A DNA stretch of 64,000 nucleotides from Octopus sinensis (GCF_006345805.1 NC_043000.1:154876001-154940000); one strand, 5' to 3'; positions 37,706-49,713 are shown, numbered from the stretch's first letter. Numbers and translations: made by a program. Notes: generated from the sequence alone by a model not told the origin.

Positions 37706-38523
37706 GGAATGATAAAACGAGTACCGAGCCGAAATATATAGTGAGGTCGACATAATCAAAGAAAACCTTTGAAGGCCATTCCCCAACACAGCCTTAGTCT
37801 ATCGATACAGTAGGGCCTCAGATCAACGGTACTGTACGACTGTAGTGCAACCAGTGATAGTATAGCTACTTCTTGTTTGTCAAATACTATACTGTAAGAG
37901 GAGAAGTTCTGACAAGAGGAAACTGATTTGACGTTTGATAGCCAGCTGTAGCAGTCCCTCTTCAGCGTAAACATCTAGAAAATGCGTAAATGCTCTGATA
38001 TGCTGTTTCGTCTTCTGTATAAATATTAGAACTGGTTTCTACTACAGAAAAGAAAAATCAATTTTATTAATTAACGCGGTTAAAATCTATTGGTTTCTTT
38101 TATTTAAAGGACGTAGAAAGGTTCATGGAATTTAAATTAACTTCATTACTAATCCCTTAATGAATATGTTAATAAAATCTGCCTCATTTCATCAGTGTCT
38201 GTTTCAAGTTTATTATTTCAAATAAACGTAGAAGATGAACGAAAGGAAAAGAATTTCGATTGCTGTTGTTGTTTGATTCTAGGCCATGACCGTGGAATCC
38301 TACGATTAAAGATATGTAGTCATGACAACTCATTTTTCTTTTTATTCACAGATAGAATATGCAACACAACATTAATATGTCCCCCCTATTTTAACACAGT
38401 GGGTCGAGATTTGGGTTAGATTAGCAGCGATTTCTATCAAGTCGATTGACAAACTCTATTGACTCGTTCGTATTGTGTTGATAGCAAAACTTAAAAAAAG
38501 TTAATTCTTATAGTAAAATATAT

Positions 38524-38751
38524 ATTCCTTTATTACCCACATGGGGCTAAACATAGAGGGGACAAACAAGGACAAAGAGATTAAGTCGATTACATCTACC
38601 CCAGTACGTAACTGGTACTAAATTTATCGACCCCGAAAGGATGAAAGGCAAAGTCGACCTCGGCGGAATTCGAACTCACAACGTAACGGCAGACGAAATA
38701 CCGCTAAGCATTTTGCCCGGCGTGCTAACGTTTCTGCCAACTCGCCGCCTT
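38524..38751 (-). mobile_element. SINE family B
   Basis: Reverse complement of the B consensus, ending CTCGCCGCCTT. Confidence 0.92.
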
Positions 38752-39278
38752 TTCTTATATTCACGTGCAGAAACTGGTAAACCCGATCGTGCTCATGAAA
38801 TAACAAAATTTTTTCAGTAGTATAAAGTTTTGCCTTCAGTAATCTGAAAGCAAAATTGTAGAGATGGTAGAAATTATCTTCAGTGTATGGCTGGTCTATG
38901 TTTCATCGATGCTAGAGCGAATAGTGATATAGACTTCAACACAGAATGTAAATCGAAACAACGCAATGAAATGAAACTCATTAATTCTGATACTTAACTA
39001 TTCCAGCTATCTTTATAAATTATTGTGAAATTACAATTCTGATACTATTGGAATTTACATTATCGGTTCCAGAAGGATGAAAGAAAAAATTATCACATAT
39101 ATTTTAATTCAGAGCTTAAACATTTTGTCATGCGCCCCACAGTTAGAGAAAGTATGATAATAATTTCATTTCTGAGAAATTTTTGAGGGGAATGTACTTA
39201 AATATGTAGCTGTAAATATTTGCATTATCGGCCTCTGTTGTATCGCACATACATACATACATACATACATACATAACT

Positions 39279-40005
39279 GGTGCTCTGTCGGTTACAACGA
39301 AGAGAGTTCCAGTTGATCCAATCAATGGAACAGCCTACTCATGAAATTAGTGTGCAAGTGGCTGATCATTCCACAGAGACGTAGGGATCTTTTCGGTTTG
39401 AAGGGCAGTTTTTACTAGCGGTGTCATATGAAATTGTCACCCATAATTATGACCCTAGTATCGATCTATTACATTTCAATCTGTTTTAAGGTTAGGGTTA
39501 GGGTGGGGGGAAGGGTATATTTTTTTCTTCACAAATGTAAATAAACCCAATCTGTTTCTTAAACGAGGGACATATTCATACAGCACAGAATGTTTTTTTT
39601 TACCTCAATAGACGTCAGTGATTGGTTGAAATTGCAGAAATTGAAGAAAAAACAACAACAAATATCTTACAAACTATAGAATTTTCTCAATAAAGCTAAG
39701 AGAAAAAGATGTTTTATAAACACATTCTACCAGTATACGAAGTTTAAAATTTTTTAGTTACCTAGAAATTATGTTAAAAACTGCCGTTCAATCCGAAAAG
39801 ATCCACACATAGTTCTCAAGGAGATTCAGCACGATACCGAATGTGACAAGGTTGACCCTTTGGGTTACAGGTACAACTCATTTTTGCCATCCTGAGTAGA
39901 CTGGAGCAACGAGAAATAAGTGTCTCGCTCAAGGACTCAACACGCTGCAAGGAATCGAAGTTACGATTGGAAGTCAAATACCTTAACCACTAAACCACGT
40001 CCCTT
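39279..40005 (-). mobile_element. Old mosaic SINE (E-like head and centre, C-like tail) split by a MITE
   Basis: C-like tail at 39279-39384. After the MITE the sequence resumes with CTCATTTTTGCC..GGAGCAACGAGAAATAAGTG and a tRNA-like head ending about 40005. Confidence 0.7.
39385..39804. mobile_element. MITE, inverted sister of 18650-19067
   Basis: Same TIRs (two substitutions); internal sequence is the reverse complement of the 18.65-kb copy. Confidence 0.9.
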
Positions 40006-40544
40006 CACACACACACACAGACCGTCAGACACACATACATATATACCCACATGCATACATATACACACATACACGCATGTACAGTGTTTATCAGTTCAAC
40101 TAATCGGCACAAACAGCGAATCAATCAATCATTTCATTGTTGAATGCTGAAAATATTTTAATTTGTCCAGTTTGGTAATATCGTTTGTAATGGTAATGAT
40201 GATAATATTATGATAGTGAAGATTAAATGGATAAGAATGTATAAATTCAGAGACTGATTAAAACTTTACGTAACCTGAACAAATTATGTGCCGTGTGCTT
40301 GATGCACTTTTTGGCACTGTAGATTACATTCTTAAACATTCCTAAGTTTACAATTTAGTTTTGTTATTGTCTCCTCCTCCACAACCACTACCACCACCGT
40401 TACCACCACCACCACCACCACCACAAATAACGAATTGCAACAATCACAACAGTAACACCTATGGTCCTATTCTAACAACACATCTACAATCATCACCATC
40501 ACCAAGTAAACACAGTCACTGTCTGCGCCACCACCACCACCACC

Positions 40545-40700
40545 ATCATCATCATCACCACTTAACGTCCGGCTTCAATGCATTTAAATTTGGGTCTGAT
40601 GAATTGGAGAACCGTGTCACAAACTACTTTGGCATGGTTTCTATTGCTGGATGTCCTTCCTAACCCCAACCACCGTTATAAAGTGTTCTGAGTGCTTTCT
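40545..40700 (-). mobile_element. RTE-type 3' tail fragment, diverged
   Basis: (CAT)n..TTAACGTCCG..GGCATGGTTTCTATTGCTGGATGTCCTTCCTAACCCCAACC. Confidence 0.6.
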
Positions 40701-40855
40701 TCCCTAGTGAGGCTGATGTTCACCTCGTAATTTGCAAAGTTAAGAGTCTAATCTGGCCCCTATGACTGACGAAGAACCGGAGAAAAAGGTGGGCGACTAT
40801 TCTAGGCGAAGCGATGAGAATTAGTAAGAGGAGCGGACGACAAAGTGTGGCAGGG

Positions 40856-40914
<59 letters not shown>

Positions 40915-40980
40915 AGTAATTGACTGAATTATCTTATTAAGGATAATTCGAAAGATAACCGATACCTGGGTAGCAATGTA

Positions 40981-41066
40981 CTCCTTATTCCTTCGGAATT
41001 AGGAATATGCAGCCTTCGAAACATGTCGAGAATAAAGGATATTTGTTAACTAGTCGTTCAACTCCA
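40981..41066 (+). repeat. 5'-truncated copy of the hammerhead-bearing repeat at 42486-42632
   Basis: TTATTCCTTCGGAATTAGGAATATGCAGCCTTCGAAACATG is identical to 42541-42581; the CUGAUGA half is absent. Confidence 0.85.
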
Positions 41067-41081
41067 TATATATATATACTT

Positions 41082-41200
41082 TAGGCCTGCTCGCTTAGCC
41101 AGCGGGGTGGCGTCGTTCGAAGGCTAAAACAATGCAAACGCATTGTGACCAGCGATGTGTAGCAATATCTGATGGTCTGGTCGGTCACGTGTCACGTGAT
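41082..41200 (+). mobile_element. SINE family D 3' portion
   Basis: GGCCTGCTCGCTTAGCCAGCGGGGTGG...GGTCACGTGTCACGTGAT is the reverse complement of 53973-54090. Confidence 0.85.
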
Positions 41201-41203
41201 ATA

Positions 41204-41357
41204 CTTTATTTAAAGCAGCAGAAAATTCAACAAAACCTGCTACTCCGAGTTTCCCGTTGCCGTTCATCGGACAGTTTTTGCAAAAACTGTCCGATGAACG
41301 GCAACGGGAAACTCAGAGTAACAGGTTTTGTTGAATTTTCTGCTGCTTTAAATAAAG
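41204..41357. repeat. 154-bp spacerless near-perfect palindrome carrying a hammerhead-like motif on each strand
   Basis: 77-bp arms centred at 41280/41281 (TTTTTG|CAAAAA); 75 of 77 pairs are complementary (mismatches 41240/41321 and 41246/41315). Confidence 0.95.
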
Positions 41358-42490
41358 CATATTACTCTACCACTGGTATTTGAGTACTCTTTTTTTTCCA
41401 CCTTGTTTCACATTTATGTGTTTACTACGGTATATATATATATATATATGTATATACAAAACACCGCATTTTGTTATGACAGTCAACGACAACAAAATAG
41501 CACCACTTCCGTAGTTTCATCACATCGAAGGTGGGTGTAGCCACAAATCTGCGGTTGCCCGCGTTCCCTTATCCTCTATTCTGGGGTGTATAGGAGACGG
41601 GATGCTTCGACAACAATAGATGAACGACATATATTTATGGTGCTTCTATGCCTGTGTATCAGTTTGAATGCTTTGATGTGTGTGATTGCATGCCTACAGT
41701 CTATTGAAACGCTTACGTGTGGTGTGACTGAGCGTCGATTTGAGCTGTTTGAAGTATGGATGCATGTGTCTCTGTGTTAGTATACTTGCTTCTACGCTTA
41801 CTATATGAATATATTACAGATTCTTTTTTACTGAAGTGTTTTTTTAGGCGAACTAGTTTGTGAGGATGGAACAGTCTGGCTTATTGAATTATCTTATACT
41901 CAATTATTTAGGAAAGGCAAAGAGGACTGCCAGTACGTTATTACTTATTAAGTGCGAACTAATATTTGAAGATAAGAAAAAACAAATTTGTTTTATCAAG
42001 ATTTCTTGTTATTCCTTCTAATTGTTATTCCTTGTTATTCCTTCTATTGTTTTTGACTATTAATCTATATGAGAAGACTCATGGCTTATTGAGTAGAGTT
42101 AGGGGTTCTCGATCTTTAAATAGTGAGTTCGATTCTCGACATATATAATTTTATATTGTCCCAACTAGCGCATTTGAAAATGACTATCAGTGTTACAATG
42201 AAGAAGATAACACTGGAACTGACTCATTTGATGGAGGTCTATTGCACTCCTAGAATAAACACCTTAAAAAACTCTGGCTTGTAGAGTTGTGGCAAATTTA
42301 AAGCATAAGTTATACTTAATGTTAACCTTATGGTAAGCTTTCACAGTCTGGAAGAGAAGGACAGTATGCAACTGTTAGCTACGGGTATCGACTCCCTACT
42401 GAACATTTCGTAGGCTCAGTCAGATGCATTCCAGCAAGTTCATGTCCAAACAAGACGCAACCTGGAGTATATATATATATATATATGTGC

Positions 42491-42606
42491 TGACATAAGT
42501 TCCTTGTCTTTCCTGATGAGATGGCGGCATAATGCACCCTTTATTCCTTCGGAATTAGGAATATGCAGCCTTCGAAACATGTGTCGAGAGTAAAGGAATT
42601 TTGTTA
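42491..42606 (+). ncRNA. Type I hammerhead ribozyme motif (Penelope-type minimalist helix III), intact catalytic core
   Basis: CUGAUGA 42513-42519; stem II 42520-42531/42562-42573 (10 of 12 bp); GAAA 42574-42577; helix III AC(AUGU)GU; cleavage triplet GUC 42583-42585; helix I 42491-42512/42586-42606 with a 2x2 internal loop. Confidence 0.8.
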
Positions 42607-43435
42607 AAATCGTCGTTCGACTCCATTCTTTCATTTATATATATATATATATATATATGGGTTCTGAGTTCAAATTCTACTTCACTTTTCATTTCAAGGA
42701 GATGAGTATAACGAGTATCAGCAATAGTCAGAGGTGGAATTAGTTAAATAAATATGGATTTCTAACACTGGTATCAGGCTACAAATCTTAAGGACATAGC
42801 AGATTAAATCAATACGTGTAGACGACTTGTATCTATTTTATTAAGACTGGAATGGAAGGATCAGCGGAAAGTCAATCCTGTCAGAATTTGATTGTAAAGG
42901 AGGCAACTAAATTCCAAGGGCTAATTTTTGTTCGGGGCTCCACCGATTCTGTCATCTACGCGCATCTCTGTTACAAATATAGATTTAGCAAGACGATAAA
43001 CTTTGAGAGAGAGAGAGAGAGAGAGTGTGTGAGAGAGAGAGAGAGTGAGGGAGGGAGAGAGAGAGGGAGAGAGAGAGGGAGAAAGAGAGAAAGAAAGAAA
43101 GAAAGAAATATAGTCACATATGTATGGGACAGAAGTAAGGCAAAAAATGTCAAGTGCCTTTCTCCTGTTTCATGATGTATAGCGTAAAACCTATGCAGAA
43201 TAAAGAATTCAGCACAGCAAAATACCAGTAGGAGGTTTGAAATCACGACTTATAAGCAAATAGTCATATGGTTTACCTGTAGATCTTTCTCTATTTCTCT
43301 CTCTCATACACATACATATGTGTGTATATATATATGTATATGTATATATGTATATATGTGTATATATATATGTATATATATATGTATTTATGTTTATGTA
43401 TATATATATATGTATATATATATATAGAGAGAGAG

Positions 43436-44820
43436 ACTGAACCACAAAAGAAACGTTGCACACAAACTAAATAGGAACTGGTTTATTAACAGACTGTCAT
43501 AGCATTGATTGAAGAGAGCTAATTAAGAAACCGTTCTTTCCTAATGATAAGACGCCATTTCCTGAAACATGTTTGACGTCACACGGTGTTACGTGATGAC
43601 GGAGTATCCTGAATCCAAAGAGGTGAACTCAATATCTCGTGTGACCACCCTTAGCGTTGATTACAGCCAGGCATATTCTGTACACTGAATGCACCAAATG
43701 ATTGATGAAGGCCATGGGAATAGCCCACACAGTTAAAACTTGCAGTGAGTTGTGCCGCAGTTGTTGGCCTTGGGCGGATGTCATTTAGCCTTCTTTGGAT
43801 TTTGCTCAACAGGTGCTCTACGGAGTTCAGGTCCGGACTTAGGGCAGGCCATGGCAGTGTCTGGATGTTGTGCTGTTGGAGGAAGTCTGTTGTCAACCTG
43901 GTAGTATGGGCACATGCGTTGTCATGTTGGAACACTTGATTTCGATGACGTGTAAAACATTACACAATGTAAGGTCTCAATACCTGGTTGATGTAGCGAG
44001 TAGCGGTTACTCCATTGCCCCGGCCTTGGCAGATGTTTTGGAAGACCAAGTTTCTGGTTGAGTACAATCCCGCCCCATTCCATGATGCTTTGTCCTCCCC
44101 ATGAGTCGGCATGACGTTCACCACTTCTCCAAACTCTAGCTCAGCCATCTGCCACAGAAATACAATATCGACTTTCGTCAGTGAAGACTACAGTTCTCCA
44201 CTGTTATTATCACCAGTTCTGACGTTTTTGAGTTCACTGCAGACGTGCCTGTCGATGACGATACGCGAGAATGGGGACCCTAGCCGGACGTCAACAAGTT
44301 AGATCTCAGCCGGCAGCGAACTGTTTCTGTACAAATGGGTCTATGGTGAGTCCCTATGGTCTGGCTAGCTGATTCCATTGCCCTCCAGAATAGGTCCTGC
44401 AAGTGCTGTTATTCAAGTGGCGATCTTGACATGCCGTTGTAATCCCCGGTCGGCCACTGCGTGGACGATCATCCCTGCTGTTTGTGGCATTGTATCGTTC
44501 CCTCAGCCGCTCAGTTGTCCGAATACTGCTGTTCAAGTCATTAGCAATGACCCATGGACGTTGAGCATCATGGAGACGTCCGATGGCTTGCTCCCTCTGA
44601 TTTCGTGTCAGTTTTGGCATGCTTGCTGCTTTCGGGAAAACCGAATGACAGGGTAGTAAATTTGGGTGCCTTTTATACCCAATGAGTCAACGTTTGATAT
44701 TAATCACTCTCGTTACATGTTCTCAGATAGCACTGTCCTCAGATTGACGCCCAAACACTCTGGAATGTTCGCATTGGAGCTACCGGTGCAAATGCCAAGC
44801 AGTACAGCATGTCATTTCTA
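43436..44820 (-). mobile_element. Decayed Tc1-like transposon, DD34E transposase pseudogene
   Basis: MPKLTRNQREQAIGRL..RPRSGRP (HTH; ATG at 44620); GVTATRYINQVLRP; FQHDNACAH..LPWPALSPDLNSVEHL with 34 residues between D and E. Only one TIR-like end (ACTGAACCACAAAAGAAACG) was found. Confidence 0.9.
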
Positions 44821-45109
44821 AATTTCTGGTAAAGTGAATTGCTAGTTTTCTCACAGACGGTGCCCCACTGACCCTACTATACTGTGTAGTCGACAAAATC
44901 AAAAACAAACGATGCACATGCGCGAAATTAAAAATATAAAATGGTGATAATTTCCCCATCGCACCCTATATATATATATATATATATTAATATATATATA
45001 TATATTATATATATATATATAATATAATATACATATATATATGTGCGTGTGTGTGTGTGTGTGTATGTATATATATATGTATGTATATGTATGTATATGT
45101 ATATATATG

Positions 45110-45159
<50 letters not shown>

Positions 45160-45273
45160 CACAACATTTCTTTATATATTGAAAACATAGTTGCTTTCAA
45201 GTTTAATATTTTCCTTAATTAGTTTTCAATGACCCGCGAGAGGATATGAAACCCTAATCTTATTGACGCATAA

Positions 45274-45648
45274 TCTCTCTCTATATAAACGGCAGTTGTC
45301 TGTGCGTTTTCTGTGTGTCTGTTTTCTCGTACCCTCACTCTGACCACGGCTTCAACCGATTCTGATGAAACTTGACACACACATAGCCCAATGTCATAAT
45401 TCAAAACTAACGCAGCGAAAGTTTTGAAAAGTTCCCCCAGTTCTGAAAAAAATCGATAAATTCGACATGGGGTCGAGAATCAGAAACCCAAACCACAGAC
45501 CGTCTAGGGGACGCAACTCACCTTTTTTAACTCAAAAAAATTTACATCATTTTTTTTCCATTATTTTGCTATTTTTGGCTATAACTCTCTAAAAATGCTT
45601 TATAGTTATTCCCTTACAAACCTGAGCAACGCCGGGCGATACTGCTAG
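45274..45648 (+). mobile_element. Non-autonomous Helitron (sister of 33168-33548)
   Basis: A|TC...hairpin...CTAG|T; collinear with the 33-kb copy. Confidence 0.9.
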
Positions 45649-46849
45649 TAGCAAATAAAACTATAGGCTAAGGAAACTCTGAGCTTGTATGTTTGTATCA
45701 GCAAAAATACGTGAATAATATTTGCTTTTATTTTTCTCTGAAGAAGGGATTGGACTGAAATGTTTAAAACTCACAGAATGGGAATAGGAAATTATTCAAA
45801 TTGCCAAGCCTGGTACCAGCTTGGCTCCACAGTCTACGCTTTCTAAATATTCAAAGGTTTTAACTAAATATCACAAAGCTGAATGTAGTAGGCTTTATCG
45901 TTTCCACTAACTCACCGCCCTTCTTTGGTTTTGTTTATATTAAATAGCGGTTCATCGACAAAATACTAGCAGGAAACTAACTGTAACAGAACAAATAGTT
46001 TACATTACATATTACACTTGATAGATGCTACTGAAGATCTGGTAAACTGGAAGTGGTTAAGTGGAAATAAAAACAAATAAAAGTAGTTTTAAGAACCGCA
46101 CAATCACACCGAGAATCGTATACTTAGAGATGATATATGATTCATAAATAACTCTTTAGATGATAATTATTTGTTTTATTTTAGGTAGCTGGCTTTCAGA
46201 AGTATGGCGAATAGTAAGCCAATACAAACAACACAGAACATTTGTGAACCAGTCAGAAATAACACAGAAAAAAAAACGATTTGTACAGCCAGATCACGGG
46301 TTAAAGCTGATATTGTCTGCTAGCGTATCGTTTGAGTTGTTTCAGCGCAGGTGTAATTTCGCCCACATTTACATTTGAAAATGTCTATAATAAAACTTGT
46401 CTGAAAACATAAATGTAAAACAAAAATTAAAATAAACTGTTAAAGCCTTAAGACCAAGAAAGTGTTTTATTAAAAGTTATTTTGCAACGAATTTGTAATA
46501 GAAACGAGGGAGCGAACTTATGAACTTGCAATTTGCCTCTGGTAGTAAAAAGTTTCCCTACTAGTTAGATAATTCAATTTATTAATCTGTGAAAAATAAC
46601 CGCTAGAAATTCTTGGAAACGATAAACTAGCATTCTATCTAGGAGATGAACTCACCCTATATAGTCACTCGACCGGCTAGAAAGAGCAGCTAACTCTTCC
46701 TCAAGTATATATCCTACTCGTCTTCAAAAGGTGGTACATATTGTAGACATACATATATACTATCTCTGAATAAAAATATAATAGCCAATGGTAGAACAAC
46801 TTTAATGATTGCCTACTTGGTCAAGGGAGACCTGGACGTTAAACAACAA

Positions 46850-48400
46850 AACTACTTCCTAAGAAGTATACACGATAAACTACTTCCTAAGAACGTATGA
46901 CAAACGAAGACATAACCTTTTGCACAGCAATATACTAAAATGTTAGAAGCCAACAGAAACATTACGATATCGACACTGAAACACAATCTAAGTGAAAGAT
47001 CGAACGCAAGCTGTCTCAAAGACCATAAAACAACCTCGGTTATTCCATCTAATGTAAGACAGAGTGAAGTAGTACTAGTTAGAATAAACAAAATAATCAA
47101 GCAATTCACGAATTCAAACACATGGAAGAACTCTTAAGATCGCCATTCAGTGGTTTAACGGCGCTGAAGGAAAAATAACCGTAGGTTCATACAATTCGAC
47201 ATCATTGGCTATTACCCATCGCTTGGTCTAGAATTTTCTCCCAAAGTTATCTACTTTGAAAGTGAACGCATTGACATTACACAGGACGACTTTCAGATCA
47301 TAATGCACGAAAGAATGTTGCTCTTTCTCACCTGGAATGCATGCTGGACTTGAAGGGTGAAACGGGAGATTTTGATATTACAGCGAGGAATAACGATGTT
47401 GCAGAAAACTGAGCTACTAATTATTTTCCTACTCTGAAACACACAGATATCTTTTAATGATATAACCACGGCCTATGCAAGAAATAAAGAACTTATGATA
47501 ATGAACACTACAAGCAGACATACAACTGACATGTTCAGAAAATAGACAACTTTCAACTGATTCACTCTGAAAGTCGAAAAACTTGACGAAAATAAACTCC
47601 CGAAGTTGCTTAGACAAACAAACACTTCTACATTATATATCCATTCGCCTTATGTCATTCGAAAGTTACCATGTAGTATCCATAAGAAGATAACTCCTTT
47701 ATTCTCATATGAAACTACATTTCACAAAGCCAATGGATACTATAACGATGCATGCAGCTCGGCCATTACGCAGATAAATACTTACCGGAGAAAAACAGCG
47801 AATACTCCAACCGCTCAAGGTAGAAGAATATCATATAGTGCAACAAGCGATACGACACTACCGTAAAATATATGTTGTAGTGAAATTCCTTTTACTCATT
47901 AGCAAATAATTTTTGATTGGACTTAGATCTCCTCAGCTGATCAACAAGAATAACATAAAGATAAAGTAATAGTTGCATGAGGTAGTTTACAGCAACGCTA
48001 ACACCAACGACGAGAAGAGCCAACAATCAAGAATCAACTGTTGCTGTACAGAAGCCTTCTTATGGACAGCAAATGTCTTGAAAAAAGCATGATATACTAC
48101 GCCGATAAATCTTCCTTAAAACCTCATCCTGTTATTTAGGCTAACAGAGTACACATTCAAAAGCCATCAACGCAGTATCTTATTCCACCACACCACCTGG
48201 AAGAACGACATCATTGGGAAATAACACAGTTGTTCTAAATACATTCCTAAGCTGCTGGATATCCTCAAACTGAAAATTCTTCAATTTTCCCCAAAATTTC
48301 ACTGGGACCTGTTGTGCGTAACTATACCAACATATTAAATGCTATTTATTTCTTTTAGCTTCTCTATATTGAATATCTAAAGAAAACCTTATCCATATGT
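46850..48400 (+). mobile_element. Penelope-like element remnant (RT and GIY-YIG), heavily decayed
   Basis: CLKDHK..RINKII..NTWKNS (46940-47137); FIQFDIIGYYPSL (~47186-47224); HSPYVIRKLPCSIHKKI (~47642-47692); DSKCLEKSMIY (~48066-48098). These match recalled PLE RT and endonuclease motifs in the expected order. Confidence 0.65.
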
Positions 48401-49280
48401 TTCGCTAAACTTCCAATACTGAGATCGACAACCTTAGGGTTACTCTATGATAAAGTAAAAAAAAAATCCTTAAATAAAGCTTGGAATTTTGAGAATTGTT
48501 GTACAAGGTTTCTTTTAATCAATTTACAATGCCTAAACGAACGTAATACAATAGATTTTATTCAGTAGATTCCTGGCAGAAGATAGTGGCAGACACTTCT
48601 TAGAAATAACAATCTTTTGCAAGAAGTCACAATGCTTCGGGGAATTCATCGATTTATTTGTCGGATTATTGACGTCTAGAAGCTAGTTGCTTTTCACAAT
48701 TTGGATACATTCTTCTATTCATATACAAATGGAAATAAGTAATTAATGAGAATTATTCCGTTTTTGTTTCAGGATTAAAAAAAGACATGGAATCGAGGAC
48801 ATTTTGAAAGGTCATCAACCAATGATAGTAAAAAATAGCCAGGGGAGTTATATCCATTCATAATGATCGTGGAATCTTTCCTGGTTCTTTTGTTGTTGCT
48901 GAATGTTGGTTATTCAGTCCCATGTCAGTTTTGACTTAGCAAACATTCTATGGATGAACGTGTTCTATGTTTAGCAAAACGAGCGACCGCATGGAGGCTA
49001 CTTCACTGATTTCCCACTGAGTGTTATAATATACTGAACTATGTTGAATTTAATGACAACAAGCAGTATATTAGAGCTCTAGAAGATAACTTTAGGTAAA
49101 GATATACTACGTAGAAATGTGCACAGGATGTTAATAAGTTGAGAGCTATCGTTTCATTTCTTCATAATTCATGTCAAAGCAGTATATCTTTTTACCTTCT
49201 GTAAGTCAATAGACAGACAGCCTGAGAAGCAGCAGAGATTTTATCATATCAACCGTAGTGTTTACTCGTAGTTCTGTAAA

Positions 49281-49713
49281 TACTCTTTACTCTCTTTTAC
49301 TCTTTAACTTGTTTCAGTCATTTGACTGCGGCCATGCTGGGGCACCGCCTTTAGTCGAGCAACTCGACCCCGGGACTTATTCTTTTTGTAAGCCCAGTAC
49401 TTATTCTATCGGTCTCTTTTGCCGAACCGCTAAGTGACGGGGACGTAAACACACCAGCATCGGTTGTCAAGCAATGGTAAGGGGACAAACGCACACACAC
49501 AACACACACACATACACATATATACATATATATATATATACATATATACGACAGGCTTCTTTCAGTTTCCGTCTACCACATCCACTCACAAGGCATTGGT
49601 CGGCCCGGGGCTATAGCAGAAGACACTTGCCCAAGATGCCACACAGTGGGACTGAACCTGGAACCATGTGGCTGGTTAGCAAGCTACTTACCACACAGCC
49701 ACTCCTGCGCCTA
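49281..49713 (-). mobile_element. SINE family A, full length
   Basis: Matches the other A copies from head to tail. Confidence 0.93.
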
